This document shows, piece by piece, positions 40,228 to 50,092 of a DNA stretch of 64,000 nucleotides. Origin of the DNA: an uncultured Clostridia bacterium (GTDB lineage Bacteria; Bacillota; Clostridia; Christensenellales; UBA1242); NCBI GenBank assembly GCA_934756675.1, contig CAKVLG010000001.1, positions 128,540-192,539 of the forward strand, read 5' to 3'. Position 1 is the stretch's first letter, and each line of letters opens with the position of its first letter. Below the pieces are notes generated by a model, which saw only the letters and a program-made list of their open reading frames with translations, did no database searches and had not been told where the DNA came from. Both the position numbers and the translations under genes were made by a program.

Positions 40228-40920
40228 ATGAAATCTATTGAAACAGAAGGTAAAACCGTTGACCAAGCCATCGAAATTGGCTTATATAAACTCGGTTTAA
40301 CACGTGACCAAGTAAAAATTACAATTCTCGAAGAATCTGGATTGTTCACAAAAGCAAAAGTTCGTTTGTCTACAAAAGATTCTAGCCCAGAAGAAGATGC
40401 AATCCGCACAAAAGTGGAAGAATTACTCAAGTGCCTAGGCATTAATTGTGACGTTTATGTCGAAGAAAGAGAAGAAAACTATCTTGTCGATATAACAGGC
40501 GAAGATGCCGCACTTGTTATTGGTAAACGTGGCGACACACTTGACGCTTTCCAAACATTAATTAATGCAATGATTAACGACAAAAAGCCAGCAGATGCTC
40601 GTAAACGTATTGTTGTAGATAGCAATAACTATCGCAGCAAACGCGAAGATACATTAAAAATCTTGGCAGAACGCATGGCAGCACGTGCCGTTCGCGAACA
40701 TCGCGATATTCGTTTGGATCCAATGAACGCATACGAAAGACGCATTATTCACAACGCTCTTAACGACAGTGCTAAAGTTGAAACCGAAAGCACAGGCACT
40801 GAACCAAACAGATGTGTTGTTATAAAACTTAAAAACCGTCAAGACAAACGCAAAGAAAAAAATCAAGCTAGAAAAGAAGAGTCTGCAAACGAAACTGAAC
40901 TCAGAGATTATAATGATTAA
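40228..40920 (+). CDS. jag: RNA-binding protein Jag/KhpB (Jag_N, KH and R3H domains)
   Basis: Jag_N start (GKTVDQAIEIGLYKLGLTRDQV), KH-like GKRGDTLDAFQTLIN, and R3H (MNAYERRIIHNAL). Confidence 0.85.
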   Translation: MKSIETEGKTVDQAIEIGLYKLGLTRDQVKITILEESGLFTKAKVRLSTKDSSPEEDAIRTKVEELLKCLGINCDVYVEEREENYLVDITGEDAALVIGKRGDTLDAFQTLINAMINDKKPADARKRIVVDSNNYRSKREDTLKILAERMAARAVREHRDIRLDPMNAYERRIIHNALNDSAKVETESTGTEPNRCVVIKLKNRQDKRKEKNQARKEESANETELRDYND

Positions 40921-41018
40921 GAGGCAATTGCCTCTTTTTTTTGTGCAAATTTTCTTTGCTGACATAGTTTTTTTATCAAATAGTTGAAAATCTAAAATTT
41001 TATAGTATAATCAATATT

Positions 41019-42371
41019 ATGTTTAACTCACAAATTAATGGAACAATAGTAGCGCTTTCTACTTCAAGCATGGGGCTTGGGGCTATTTCGGTTGTAAGAA
41101 TGTCTGGCGAAGACGCCATAAAAATTGCAAGCAAAATTTTTGCTACATCTAAAAATAAAAAACCTAACGATTTTGAACCACGAAAAATGGAACTTGGTAC
41201 ACTCACCACCCGTTCGCTTAAAGATAAATGTTTGTGCGTGGTTTTTAAAGCACCAAACAGTTTCACTGGCGAAGATATTGTTGAATTTCAAACGCATGGT
41301 GGTTCGCAAATAGCACAAAGCATTGTTGAAGAATGCATCGCACAAGGTGCGCGTATGGCTGGCAACGGCGAGTTCACAAAACGAGCTTTTTTAAATGGCA
41401 AAATGACTCTCGCATCTGCCGAAGGTATGATGGACATGATCAATGCCGAAAGTGCAGCCGAAGTCCGTGCGGGGTTCGACTTGCTTGGCGGCGAGCTCAA
41501 TAAAATTGCTATCAGCGCACAAGAAGAACTAACAGACATTTTAAGTGAAATTGAAGTTTCGTTTGACTATCCAGAAGAACAAATAGAATACATAACAAAA
41601 ACAAACGTGAAAAATCGTTTAGTTAACATTTCCGAAGCGCTAGAAAAGGTCTTAGCTAGCAATCAAAACAGCGGGATAATTAAAAACGGAATTAAAGTAT
41701 TGATTCTTGGCAAACCAAATGTTGGAAAAAGTAGTTTGCTTAACAGGCTAATTGGCAGAGAACGTGCCATTGTAACAGACATTCCTGGCACCACGCGTGA
41801 CTCTATCGAAGACACGTTCACAATCAATGGCGTTAAATTCACATGCATAGACACTGCCGGCATTCGCGACAGCGAAGACAAAGTGGAACAAATTGGTGTC
41901 GACAAGGCAAAAGAGCAAGTTAGCAGCGCCGACATTATTCTTTTTATCCAAGACGGCTCGAAGGGGCTTGACGAACAAGACCAAGAGATTTATGACCTTG
42001 TTCAAGGCAAAAACTTTTTGATAATTAAAAACAAAGGCGACCTTATGACCGAAAAATCTGTCGATGACTTTATTATTTCGGCAGCAAGCGGAAAAGGTGT
42101 TGAAGAACTTAAACAATTAATTTACAACAAAACTGTTGAAGGCAAAATCAACACTAATGGTTTAATCATAACAAATAACAGACATATAGATTGTTTGCAA
42201 CGTGCCAAAGAAAACATCGACCATGCAATCATGAACATCGAAAACGACACACTGGACTTAACGACAATAGACCTAAACTTAGCATATAGTGCCCTTGGCG
42301 AAATAACTGGAAACACATCGGGCGAAGATATTATCAACTCTATCTTTAGCAAGTTCTGTTTGGGAAAATAA
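41019..42371 (+). CDS. mnmE: tRNA modification GTPase MnmE
   Basis: N-terminal TIVALSTS..GLGAISVVRMSG, G-domain GKPNVGKSSLLN / DTAGIR / NKGD, and the C-terminal CLGK. Confidence 0.95.
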   Translation: MFNSQINGTIVALSTSSMGLGAISVVRMSGEDAIKIASKIFATSKNKKPNDFEPRKMELGTLTTRSLKDKCLCVVFKAPNSFTGEDIVEFQTHGGSQIAQSIVEECIAQGARMAGNGEFTKRAFLNGKMTLASAEGMMDMINAESAAEVRAGFDLLGGELNKIAISAQEELTDILSEIEVSFDYPEEQIEYITKTNVKNRLVNISEALEKVLASNQNSGIIKNGIKVLILGKPNVGKSSLLNRLIGRERAIVTDIPGTTRDSIEDTFTINGVKFTCIDTAGIRDSEDKVEQIGVDKAKEQVSSADIILFIQDGSKGLDEQDQEIYDLVQGKNFLIIKNKGDLMTEKSVDDFIISAASGKGVEELKQLIYNKTVEGKINTNGLIITNNRHIDCLQRAKENIDHAIMNIENDTLDLTTIDLNLAYSALGEITGNTSGEDIINSIFSKFCLGK

Positions 42372-42372
42372 A

Positions 42373-44217
42373 ATGGAAAACAAATATCAAGCTATAGTAA
42401 TTGGCGGTGGCCATGCGGGCGTGGAAGCTTGTCTTGCAACTGCCAGAACAAACATAAAAACATTACTAATCACACTCACAAAAGATGGTGTGGCTTTTTG
42501 CCCATGCAATCCATCTATTGGTGGCACGGCAAAAGGTCACCTTGTTTGCGAAATAGACGCTCTTGGCGGTCAAATGGGTATTTCTGCAGATGCAAACTCT
42601 TTGCAATTAAGAATGCTCAACCTTGGCAAGGGACCAGCTGTTCACAGTCTTCGTGCACAAATAGATAAATTTTCATATCATGACTATATGTTAAACGTGC
42701 TAGAACATCAAGACAATCTCGACATTGTGGAAGGCGAAGCCAGCGACATTTTGGCTGAAAATGGCAAAGTGACAGGCGTAAGACTTGCAAGTGGCGAAAC
42801 ATATTTTGCAGACGCCGTCATAATAACAACAGGCGTATATCTAAACTCACGCATTATTATTGGCGAAGAAATCGAAAATGCTGGACCTGCTGGATTTTCT
42901 AATGCAAGTTACTTAACAAAAAGTCTAGCTGACCTTGGTTTTGACTTAAGACGTTTTAAGACTGGTACCCCACCAAGAATTGTTGGTAACACCATCGATT
43001 ATTCTAAGTTCGAAAAACAATATGGCGACGACACTGTTCAAACTTTTTCGTTTATGACAGATGTAAAACCAAAGAACACTCATGTTTGTTATCTTGGCTA
43101 TACATCGGCAAAAACAAAAGAAATCGTTATGAACAATCTTGACCGAGCACCAATGTATTGCGGAATAATTACTGGTCAAGGTCCAAGGTATTGTCCTTCT
43201 ATTGAAACAAAATTTGTGCGTTTCGCCGACAAAGAGCGTCACCAGTTATTCTTAGAACCAGAACGCCGCGACATGTCTGAAATATACGTACAAGGTCTTT
43301 CTACTAGCATGCCAAAAGACATTCAAGACCAAATGGTTGCAAGTGTCGAAGGTATGGAAAATGCAGAAATAAAGAAATATGGTTATGCAATTGAATACGA
43401 CTGCATCGACCCACTAAACCTATACCCAACGCTAGAATTTAAAAAAGTTAAAGGTATTTTTTGTGCAGGACAAATCAATGGCACAAGCGGATATGAAGAA
43501 GCTGCTGCCCAAGGCTTGCTCGCAGGACTCAATGCCAGTTTGGAAATCCGCGGCAAAGAGCAAATTATTCTCTCGCGTGATAGTTCATATCTTGGTGTTC
43601 TTGTTGACGACCTTACAACAAAAGGAACAAACGAACCATATAGAATGATGACAAGCCGTGCGGAATATCGTTTACTTCTAAGGCAAGATAACGCAGACCT
43701 AAGACTCACAGAAATTGGCAGAAACGCCGGACTTGTAACTGACGAAAGATATAGCAGATTTTTAGCAAAAAAGACTGAAATGGAAAAAATCGAAGTTCTA
43801 AAAAATGAGATGATTAAACCATCACCAGAACTAGCTGAATTTTTGGAAAACTGCGGCGAAGCTCCTGCCCCACAAGGCATTAGCATTGCCGGACTTATGA
43901 AACGTAACCATGTTGACTTTTTGGAAGCAAGAAAAAAACTTGGTTTGCTCAAAGACTTTTCAGAGTTTGCCGTATTTGAAGTTGCTATCGAAACAAAGTT
44001 CGAAGGATATTTGTCGCGTGAACGTCAACTTATAAAGCGCAGCAAAAAGCTCGAAGAAAAAGCTATACCAAAAGATTTCGATTTCACTAAAGTAAAAGGT
44101 CTAAGACTTGAAGCAGCCGAAAAACTAAACAACATTCACCCACTTTCTGTTGGTGCCGCAAGTAGAATTTCGGGCGTTAATCCAGCTGACATTACCGTAC
44201 TTTTAATGTGGCTTTAG
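42373..44217 (+). CDS. mnmG: tRNA uridine 5-carboxymethylaminomethyl modification enzyme MnmG (GidA)
   Basis: FAD-binding VIGGGHAGVEA, followed by SCNPSIGG-like CNPSIGGTAKGHL, GPRYCPSIE and FCAGQINGTSGYEEAAAQG. Confidence 0.96.
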   Translation: MENKYQAIVIGGGHAGVEACLATARTNIKTLLITLTKDGVAFCPCNPSIGGTAKGHLVCEIDALGGQMGISADANSLQLRMLNLGKGPAVHSLRAQIDKFSYHDYMLNVLEHQDNLDIVEGEASDILAENGKVTGVRLASGETYFADAVIITTGVYLNSRIIIGEEIENAGPAGFSNASYLTKSLADLGFDLRRFKTGTPPRIVGNTIDYSKFEKQYGDDTVQTFSFMTDVKPKNTHVCYLGYTSAKTKEIVMNNLDRAPMYCGIITGQGPRYCPSIETKFVRFADKERHQLFLEPERRDMSEIYVQGLSTSMPKDIQDQMVASVEGMENAEIKKYGYAIEYDCIDPLNLYPTLEFKKVKGIFCAGQINGTSGYEEAAAQGLLAGLNASLEIRGKEQIILSRDSSYLGVLVDDLTTKGTNEPYRMMTSRAEYRLLLRQDNADLRLTEIGRNAGLVTDERYSRFLAKKTEMEKIEVLKNEMIKPSPELAEFLENCGEAPAPQGISIAGLMKRNHVDFLEARKKLGLLKDFSEFAVFEVAIETKFEGYLSRERQLIKRSKKLEEKAIPKDFDFTKVKGLRLEAAEKLNNIHPLSVGAASRISGVNPADITVLLMWL

Positions 44218-44283
44218 TATTGACAATTGATAAAATATAGAATAAAATAACTTTATAAATGATTTGTAAAGGAGATTGATTTT

Positions 44284-44673
44284 ATGGCAACAACATACAT
44301 TGCAACAAGGAACTTGGCATTATTTATGATCTTTCAAGGGAAGAAAATGAACAGCGAACCTTTGGTTGTTACCGAGCAAGAGTTAGAAAATTTTATCTAC
44401 GCCTACATTAATGACTCAAGGTTACCAAAAAAAGACTTTTTGAATAACACATACGAATATGACTTTTCAGATAATTACCCTATTGCAGAAGGCATTAAGT
44501 ACGATGCAAACAAAAAGACATACACTGCCACAGTTAGCCTTACATCAATTTGCCAAAACATTGCAAAAACTGATAAAACTAACTCATTAACATATACTTT
44601 GTCAGCATATGCCGAAACACTTGTAAAAGAAAAGGCATACAAAAAACAAAAGCCAGACGAACCAGTTTGCTAA
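44284..44673 (+). CDS. Hypothetical protein
   Basis: 129-aa ORF with an AAGGAG Shine-Dalgarno sequence, followed by a terminator. No family recognised. Confidence 0.5.
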   Translation: MATTYIATRNLALFMIFQGKKMNSEPLVVTEQELENFIYAYINDSRLPKKDFLNNTYEYDFSDNYPIAEGIKYDANKKTYTATVSLTSICQNIAKTDKTNSLTYTLSAYAETLVKEKAYKKQKPDEPVC

Positions 44674-44680
44674 AAAAAAT

Positions 44681-44706
44681 CCACCAGTAATTTTGGTGGT
44701 TTTTTT
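44681..44706 (+). terminator. Rho-independent terminator
   Basis: ccaccagtaattttggtgg hairpin followed by T7. Confidence 0.7.
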
Positions 44707-44711
44707 ATCAC

Positions 44712-44734
44712 AAAAAAACCACCCTTATGGGTGG
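44712..44734 (-). terminator. Rho-independent terminator for hup
   Basis: ccacccttatgggtgg hairpin, preceded on the plus strand by A7 (a T-run on the minus strand). Confidence 0.7.
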
Positions 44735-44758
44735 ATTTGTTTTTTGCTAATTTTTTAA

Positions 44759-45031
44759 TTAGTTTAATTTAGCTTTAAAGCTTTTACCGAATTTGAGTGC
44801 AGGAACTTTGCAAGCTTCAACTTTAACTTTTTGACCATTTGCAGGATTGTTGCATGTTCTTTCTGGTCTTTGTTTTGCTTCAAATGTACCGAAGCCAACA
44901 AGTGTAACTTTTTCGTTTTTCTTCATAGCTTCTTCAACAACTTCTACGAATGCTTCGTAAACAGCTGTAGCGTCTTTAATTGTAACGCCAGCTTTTTCAG
45001 CAACAGCTCTTAAAAATTCTCCTTTATTCAT
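44759..45031 (-). CDS. hup: DNA-binding protein HU
   Basis: MNKGEFLRAVAEKAGVTIKDATAVYEAFVEVVEEAMKKNEKVTLVGFGTFE...RTCNNPANGQKV. 90 aa, GGAGG Shine-Dalgarno sequence. Confidence 0.93.
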   Translation of the reverse strand: MNKGEFLRAVAEKAGVTIKDATAVYEAFVEVVEEAMKKNEKVTLVGFGTFEAKQRPERTCNNPANGQKVKVEACKVPALKFGKSFKAKLN

Positions 45032-45197
45032 AATTCTTTGTCCTCCTTTTTGAATTGGGATTTCCCCGCTTCTATGGTTATATTTTACCATAACAATAAA
45101 AGCATTTCAAAATGATTTTTACCCAAAACGTAAATTTTTAACAAAAAAAGTGGCTTTTTGTTAGATTTTATCGCACTTTTAACCACTTTTTATTGTT

Positions 45198-48100
45198 TTA
45201 ATCTTCTTTTACTTGTTTTTTTCGTTTAATCACAATGTAAATTGGAGTTACAAAAACTGCAAGCATGATAACTATTAAAATAAGTTTTCCTTGCGTTTTC
45301 ATTGTTCTATTATACACCGCGTGAACTTCTAAATCCGACAAAACTTCGCCTGTTTTATCCCAACCAACAAATTCGTAATCATAAAAGATATCTGATGTAT
45401 TGCTAAGCTTAAAGCTTTTTAGCATTTCACCAGCTTCATAAGCTTCTTGCTTGTAAATAATATCGCCGTCTTTGTATGTAACAACATAAATGCGTTTAGA
45501 TTGCTTGAAAAGTGCGGTGAATATTTGGTCGCCAGTTATAAAGTTGTTCTTTTTATCCCAACCGATAAATTCATATTGGTAATATACTGTTGAATCTTTT
45601 GTTGGAATAAATAAGCTACCACTATTTCCTGTTAACACTTGTTCTTCATAGACCACAACATCGTCTACAACATATTGAATTTTCGAATACTTGTTAGCGC
45701 AAAGAAGGCTCTTTATTTTGCTATCAAACTCATAGTTCATGTCAAAGTTTTCTTCTACAAAACTATTGCTATTTATCACAAGAGCTGTAACTGGAACGCC
45801 AGTTGCTGATGTCATTTCGCCGCCAGTTATGTTTTTGCCAAAGGCTACATATTTTTCAAGATAATGTGTTTTGTCAATTGCTTCAATGTTAACAGTCAAA
45901 ATCGACTTGCCAGCAGAAGAACCAATTAGTGCACCTATTTTCTCTGAAGTAGCATCTGCCTTGTTTGTAAGCGTGGCATTTACTTTGCAGCCCACAAAAC
46001 TCATATATAGTTCTTTTTGGTCAAAATTACTATGACCGAGCACACCTACAATGCCACCAACACTTCCTTTTTGGACAAGCGTTATAACATCGCCACTGCT
46101 AATACAATTGATAAATTTTGTTGTCTTGTTTGTAGCGCTACCAACAATTCCGCCAAGTGAGCTTGCAATGTAAGCGTCTTCTAATTCGAAGTCAGCACCA
46201 GCGCCAAGAATTGTTGCGTTATTTACGCAATTTGTGATTGTAACAGTTAATGGCAATGTCTTGTTTGTGTTTTCCATATATCCAACAATACCGCCAGCAA
46301 CAACACCAGTTACAAGCGATGTATTATAGCAATTTGTAATACTTGCAGAAGTGCTAGAAACGAGTGTGTATGATGTATCGGCATCGTTATTGCCCATATA
46401 TGCTATCATGCCACCAGAGAAGTTGCTAGACGAGATTGTTCCATTGATATTGTAACAATTGTCCATAATAATTCCACTAAATGCAACACCAACAATGCCA
46501 CCAGCATAGTTGCCAGTTATTTTTGCATTTTGCAGCACAACATTTTTAATTGTTGGAGTATAGACTGTCGTTTTCCCACTCTTTGTTTGAACAGTGATAC
46601 CAGTCATACCAAACAACGATCCAAAATATATCATTGTGCGATAGCCGTTTGTATTGTTTTCGTCTTTCACAGAGCTTCCAGCTGTTATTCCCGTTATATT
46701 CTTAATTACATATCCGTTGCCATCAAAGTTACCAGAAAATGGATGGTTAACATCTGTAGCTTCGTTATTCATCATACCAATGCCAAGCCAAATCTTGCCA
46801 GCAAGGTCGATGTTTGCGCTAAGCTTGAAATATTTACCAGCAAAACTTTCGCCATTTGCAACAAGAACCGCAAGCCCTGCAAGTTGCCCTGCTGTTCCTA
46901 TTACATAAGGTTTGTCTTTTTTACCATAACCATAAAGCTCGTAGCCATAGCCATCAAACGCAGCAGCTTCGTTAAACCAAAAACTGTAGCTTGAAAATGT
47001 TGGCATTTCATTTGCTTTGTTTATCTTCCAAACATATATAAAATCAAACGGTAAAACGCCATTAATTGCCACCCATTCGTTTGACGCATAATATGATGCA
47101 TTGTCATAATCAAAGTCGCCTTCAAAGGCATTGTCTGTAGACATTTTATTGTTGACAATTTCGACAACAGCATTTTCGTTTGCCGTAAACGAGCTTTTGT
47201 TTGCAATTAAATATAAATCTTGTTTAACAACATTATTTTCAATATAAATTTTGCCGCGAGTATTTGTGCAATGTATTTCGCCAACCAAAACACCATGTGT
47301 TCCGCTAACAGTGCCACTCACTCTGCAACCCATGACACCGCCATAGACGTTTTCTTTAACGCTGACAAGTGGTGTATTTTCCATATCTTGCAACGATAAA
47401 TAGCCAACAACGCCGCCACATACTCCGTCACTTGCACTTGTTTTAACTTCGCTATTAACAATACAATTGACAATGTAATATCCATTAGCTCTGCCAGCAA
47501 TACCACCAGCTATATTGCCAAGCACTTCGCCCGTGTTGTAACAATTTGAAACATAGCCAGACGTATAATACTTATTGCCTTCGTTATCAAGTTCAGAGCT
47601 AATCGCACTGCCAACAAGCCCGCCTGCAATGTTACCAATTATTTTGCCTGTGTTATAACTATTTTCAATCGAACCATTTGCAACTAGCAACCCGACAAGC
47701 CCGCCAGCCGTTTTTTCTGAACTAATATTCATATGGTTTTCGCATGTCGCAATGCCACCAAGTAATTTGCCTACAATTGCACCAGTGTAACTAGCCGTTG
47801 TAGTTGCTCTGCCCGATTCAATTACAACGTCCATAACATATCCACCTTTATCAACAACACCAAATAAACCATTGTATTTTGTGTCGCTAATGTTTGTTAG
47901 TTCCAAGTTTTTAATGCTTTTTCTGTTGCCATCAAAAACACCTTCAAATGGTTTATCTTCTGTTCCTATTGGCGAAAGCCTTTCACAACCTAGATCCAAA
48001 TCTTTTGTAAGCTTAAATCTTGCGCTATTATATTTGCCTTCATATGCGCCAGAGTTCACAAAGTATATAACAGTTTTTAAATCTGCGACACTATTTATTT

Positions 48101-50009
48101 CATATGGCGAAACAACAGTTCCTTCACCTTTTAATACTGTTAATTGTTGGTCGCTCCAAACGGCATAGAATGATGCATCTTCGGTGCCCATTATAACTGT
48201 TTTGCCAGCTTCAAAAACCACACCGTCAGCATTTGTCCAATACCAGAAATATTTGCCATTATTTTCAAACTCGCATGCTGGAAGTTTGACGAGTTTACCT
48301 TCTTCTTCGCTTAATATAATTGGTGTGCCAGACATTGAACTGTCTTTATAAAACGAATAAGTGCGGATTTCACTGCCAACACCAACTTCGACAAAAGATT
48401 CTTTAATTTTTACTATTTTTTCTTGTGCATAATTAGCTTCGGTCGCAGCCCTTAATATTGCTTCTTTTGCATCAGCAATAGTTGCAGTTTCGGTTAGTTT
48501 TGGGAGCGAGTCATACAAGAGTTTTGCAAGCGCGTTAATGTCACTTACCACACCCTTTTGATACATTTTGTATATAGCAAGTGTAAATATTGCACAGTTA
48601 CTATGAACACTACCATTGTCGCACCTAGCATCTGCATGGTTATGGTTTAAGTAACAAAGCGGATTCTTTTCACGGTAGTTTGTTGGGTTACCACTAGCTG
48701 TTGGATTCATCATGTTACGAAGACATGTGTTACTTTCAGAAAATAAATCTTCTGCAAGTAGCCAAAAATTTGTGTCCGCCATGGTATAGCCCTTTCCCTT
48801 AGCTTCTATCATTGCGCCAAAAATATCTGAATAGCCTTCTGAAAGAGCACCAGACTCGTTAAGATATTCAAAATTAGTAACACTCGTTGTCATTGCGTGT
48901 GTGTATTCGTGACCGACAATATCTAAAGGTTTTGCAAAGTTGTCGTATCTCCCACCGCCATCACCAAATATAAAATATGATCTATCGTTTGATCCAAGTG
49001 ATACATAAGCGGCATTCAAGTATTCTGTTCCATAGTGCACAAGCGCAACCAGTTCTTTTGTTCCGCCAACAGTGTTAGCAATACCCTTTTTACCTAACAC
49101 TTCATCAAAAAAGTCGTATGATGCAATCAAGTTAACGTATGCCGTGATAGCAATGCTATCTGATATCGCCCCATCACTGCTGATGTAATAATCATATCCA
49201 GAATATGTTGTTTTATTGTTATTGTTGGCCATATATATTTTTCTATCGCTATCGCCAAGCACATAAAAAATATCACTGCCTTCAGTTTCGGTATATTTCA
49301 AAGTTCCAACTGTAACAGTTTTGCCAAAAGCATCTGTTTGCGATTTATTTTCTTTGGTTGTAGTGTAACCATATGTTGGAAGCTCAGATAAGTTTTCGCC
49401 AGCGCTGACGCTTGCAAGTAATTCACCAGTATAAGCATCAACAAAACAATAATTAAGCGATGTTGATTGAACTTCAAGTTTATAGCAGAAATGGTAACCG
49501 TTTTTCTCATAGATTACCATGCTTGTGTTATTAATCTTATAGTCACCAAAATCGTCAAGTACTTCTGGTAAGTTTGGGTTTAGTAATTCTGCACTTATAT
49601 CAAGATTAATGCCACCCTTAGCGTTACCGCTTACAGATAAAACATTGCCAAGGTTATTAACCGTCACAGAAACACTTTTGCCATAAACAGCAAAACCTTT
49701 GTAAACTTGAATAAACTTATACACTTTGCCGTAGCTAATTTTTGTTTCACTATAAGGCGAAAGCTCTGCGTTTACATCTGAAAGTACAAATCTATCTTTA
49801 ACCTTTTCTACCGCATTAAGCGCGCCAGAAAAATCGTTGGCATTTGTTTTAAAGTTGCCAGCGATAAATGTTGCACTTGCAGTTGTTTGCACATCAAACT
49901 TACTATTATTTTCATAAAAATTAAGCGGCGTGAAAAGTGAAATAATTGGCAAAATAATTGCCAGTAAAATTGTTAAACTAAATAATAAAAATTTCTTTTG
50001 TGTTTTCAT
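45198..50009 (-). CDS. Large membrane-anchored M4 (thermolysin-like) zinc metalloprotease with GLUG-motif and Listeria-Bacteroides-type repeat regions
   Basis: It has a signal/TM at the N-terminus and a propeptide-like region. HEYTH is at aa 367-371 (nt ~48897..48911) and the third zinc ligand lies in GALSEGYSDIFG. Many (A)GG(L/I)VG repeats span aa ~700-1330. Repeats of the Y.F.GW...G type occur near aa 590 and 1480-1560. The C-terminus is a TM helix plus KRKKQVKED. Confidence 0.85.
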   Translation of the reverse strand: MKTQKKFLLFSLTILLAIILPIISLFTPLNFYENNSKFDVQTTASATFIAGNFKTNANDFSGALNAVEKVKDRFVLSDVNAELSPYSETKISYGKVYKFIQVYKGFAVYGKSVSVTVNNLGNVLSVSGNAKGGINLDISAELLNPNLPEVLDDFGDYKINNTSMVIYEKNGYHFCYKLEVQSTSLNYCFVDAYTGELLASVSAGENLSELPTYGYTTTKENKSQTDAFGKTVTVGTLKYTETEGSDIFYVLGDSDRKIYMANNNNKTTYSGYDYYISSDGAISDSIAITAYVNLIASYDFFDEVLGKKGIANTVGGTKELVALVHYGTEYLNAAYVSLGSNDRSYFIFGDGGGRYDNFAKPLDIVGHEYTHAMTTSVTNFEYLNESGALSEGYSDIFGAMIEAKGKGYTMADTNFWLLAEDLFSESNTCLRNMMNPTASGNPTNYREKNPLCYLNHNHADARCDNGSVHSNCAIFTLAIYKMYQKGVVSDINALAKLLYDSLPKLTETATIADAKEAILRAATEANYAQEKIVKIKESFVEVGVGSEIRTYSFYKDSSMSGTPIILSEEEGKLVKLPACEFENNGKYFWYWTNADGVVFEAGKTVIMGTEDASFYAVWSDQQLTVLKGEGTVVSPYEINSVADLKTVIYFVNSGAYEGKYNSARFKLTKDLDLGCERLSPIGTEDKPFEGVFDGNRKSIKNLELTNISDTKYNGLFGVVDKGGYVMDVVIESGRATTTASYTGAIVGKLLGGIATCENHMNISSEKTAGGLVGLLVANGSIENSYNTGKIIGNIAGGLVGSAISSELDNEGNKYYTSGYVSNCYNTGEVLGNIAGGIAGRANGYYIVNCIVNSEVKTSASDGVCGGVVGYLSLQDMENTPLVSVKENVYGGVMGCRVSGTVSGTHGVLVGEIHCTNTRGKIYIENNVVKQDLYLIANKSSFTANENAVVEIVNNKMSTDNAFEGDFDYDNASYYASNEWVAINGVLPFDFIYVWKINKANEMPTFSSYSFWFNEAAAFDGYGYELYGYGKKDKPYVIGTAGQLAGLAVLVANGESFAGKYFKLSANIDLAGKIWLGIGMMNNEATDVNHPFSGNFDGNGYVIKNITGITAGSSVKDENNTNGYRTMIYFGSLFGMTGITVQTKSGKTTVYTPTIKNVVLQNAKITGNYAGGIVGVAFSGIIMDNCYNINGTISSSNFSGGMIAYMGNNDADTSYTLVSSTSASITNCYNTSLVTGVVAGGIVGYMENTNKTLPLTVTITNCVNNATILGAGADFELEDAYIASSLGGIVGSATNKTTKFINCISSGDVITLVQKGSVGGIVGVLGHSNFDQKELYMSFVGCKVNATLTNKADATSEKIGALIGSSAGKSILTVNIEAIDKTHYLEKYVAFGKNITGGEMTSATGVPVTALVINSNSFVEENFDMNYEFDSKIKSLLCANKYSKIQYVVDDVVVYEEQVLTGNSGSLFIPTKDSTVYYQYEFIGWDKKNNFITGDQIFTALFKQSKRIYVVTYKDGDIIYKQEAYEAGEMLKSFKLSNTSDIFYDYEFVGWDKTGEVLSDLEVHAVYNRTMKTQGKLILIVIMLAVFVTPIYIVIKRKKQVKED

Positions 50010-50092
50010 AATAGCATTATATCACGCCTTAAAATTTATCACAAATAAAAATGTGGCAAATAGAAAAAGACTGGCATTTTTGCCAGCCTTAT

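Noticed and set aside
43383-43952. 189-aa minus-strand ORF inside mnmG (similar cases: 61276..61764 in recD2, 41748..42116 in mnmE, 46530..46994 in the protease gene)
   Set aside because: These are antisense ORFs within strongly supported conserved genes. Their translations are Ser/Leu/Phe-rich with no motifs or translation signals.
46000-48000. Internal nucleotide repeats in the large protease gene as a possible CRISPR or tandem-repeat array
   Set aside because: The periodicity comes from GLUG-motif protein repeats in one continuous ORF. The units are imperfect and of unequal length, and there is no repeat-spacer structure. No CRISPR array was found anywhere in the window.
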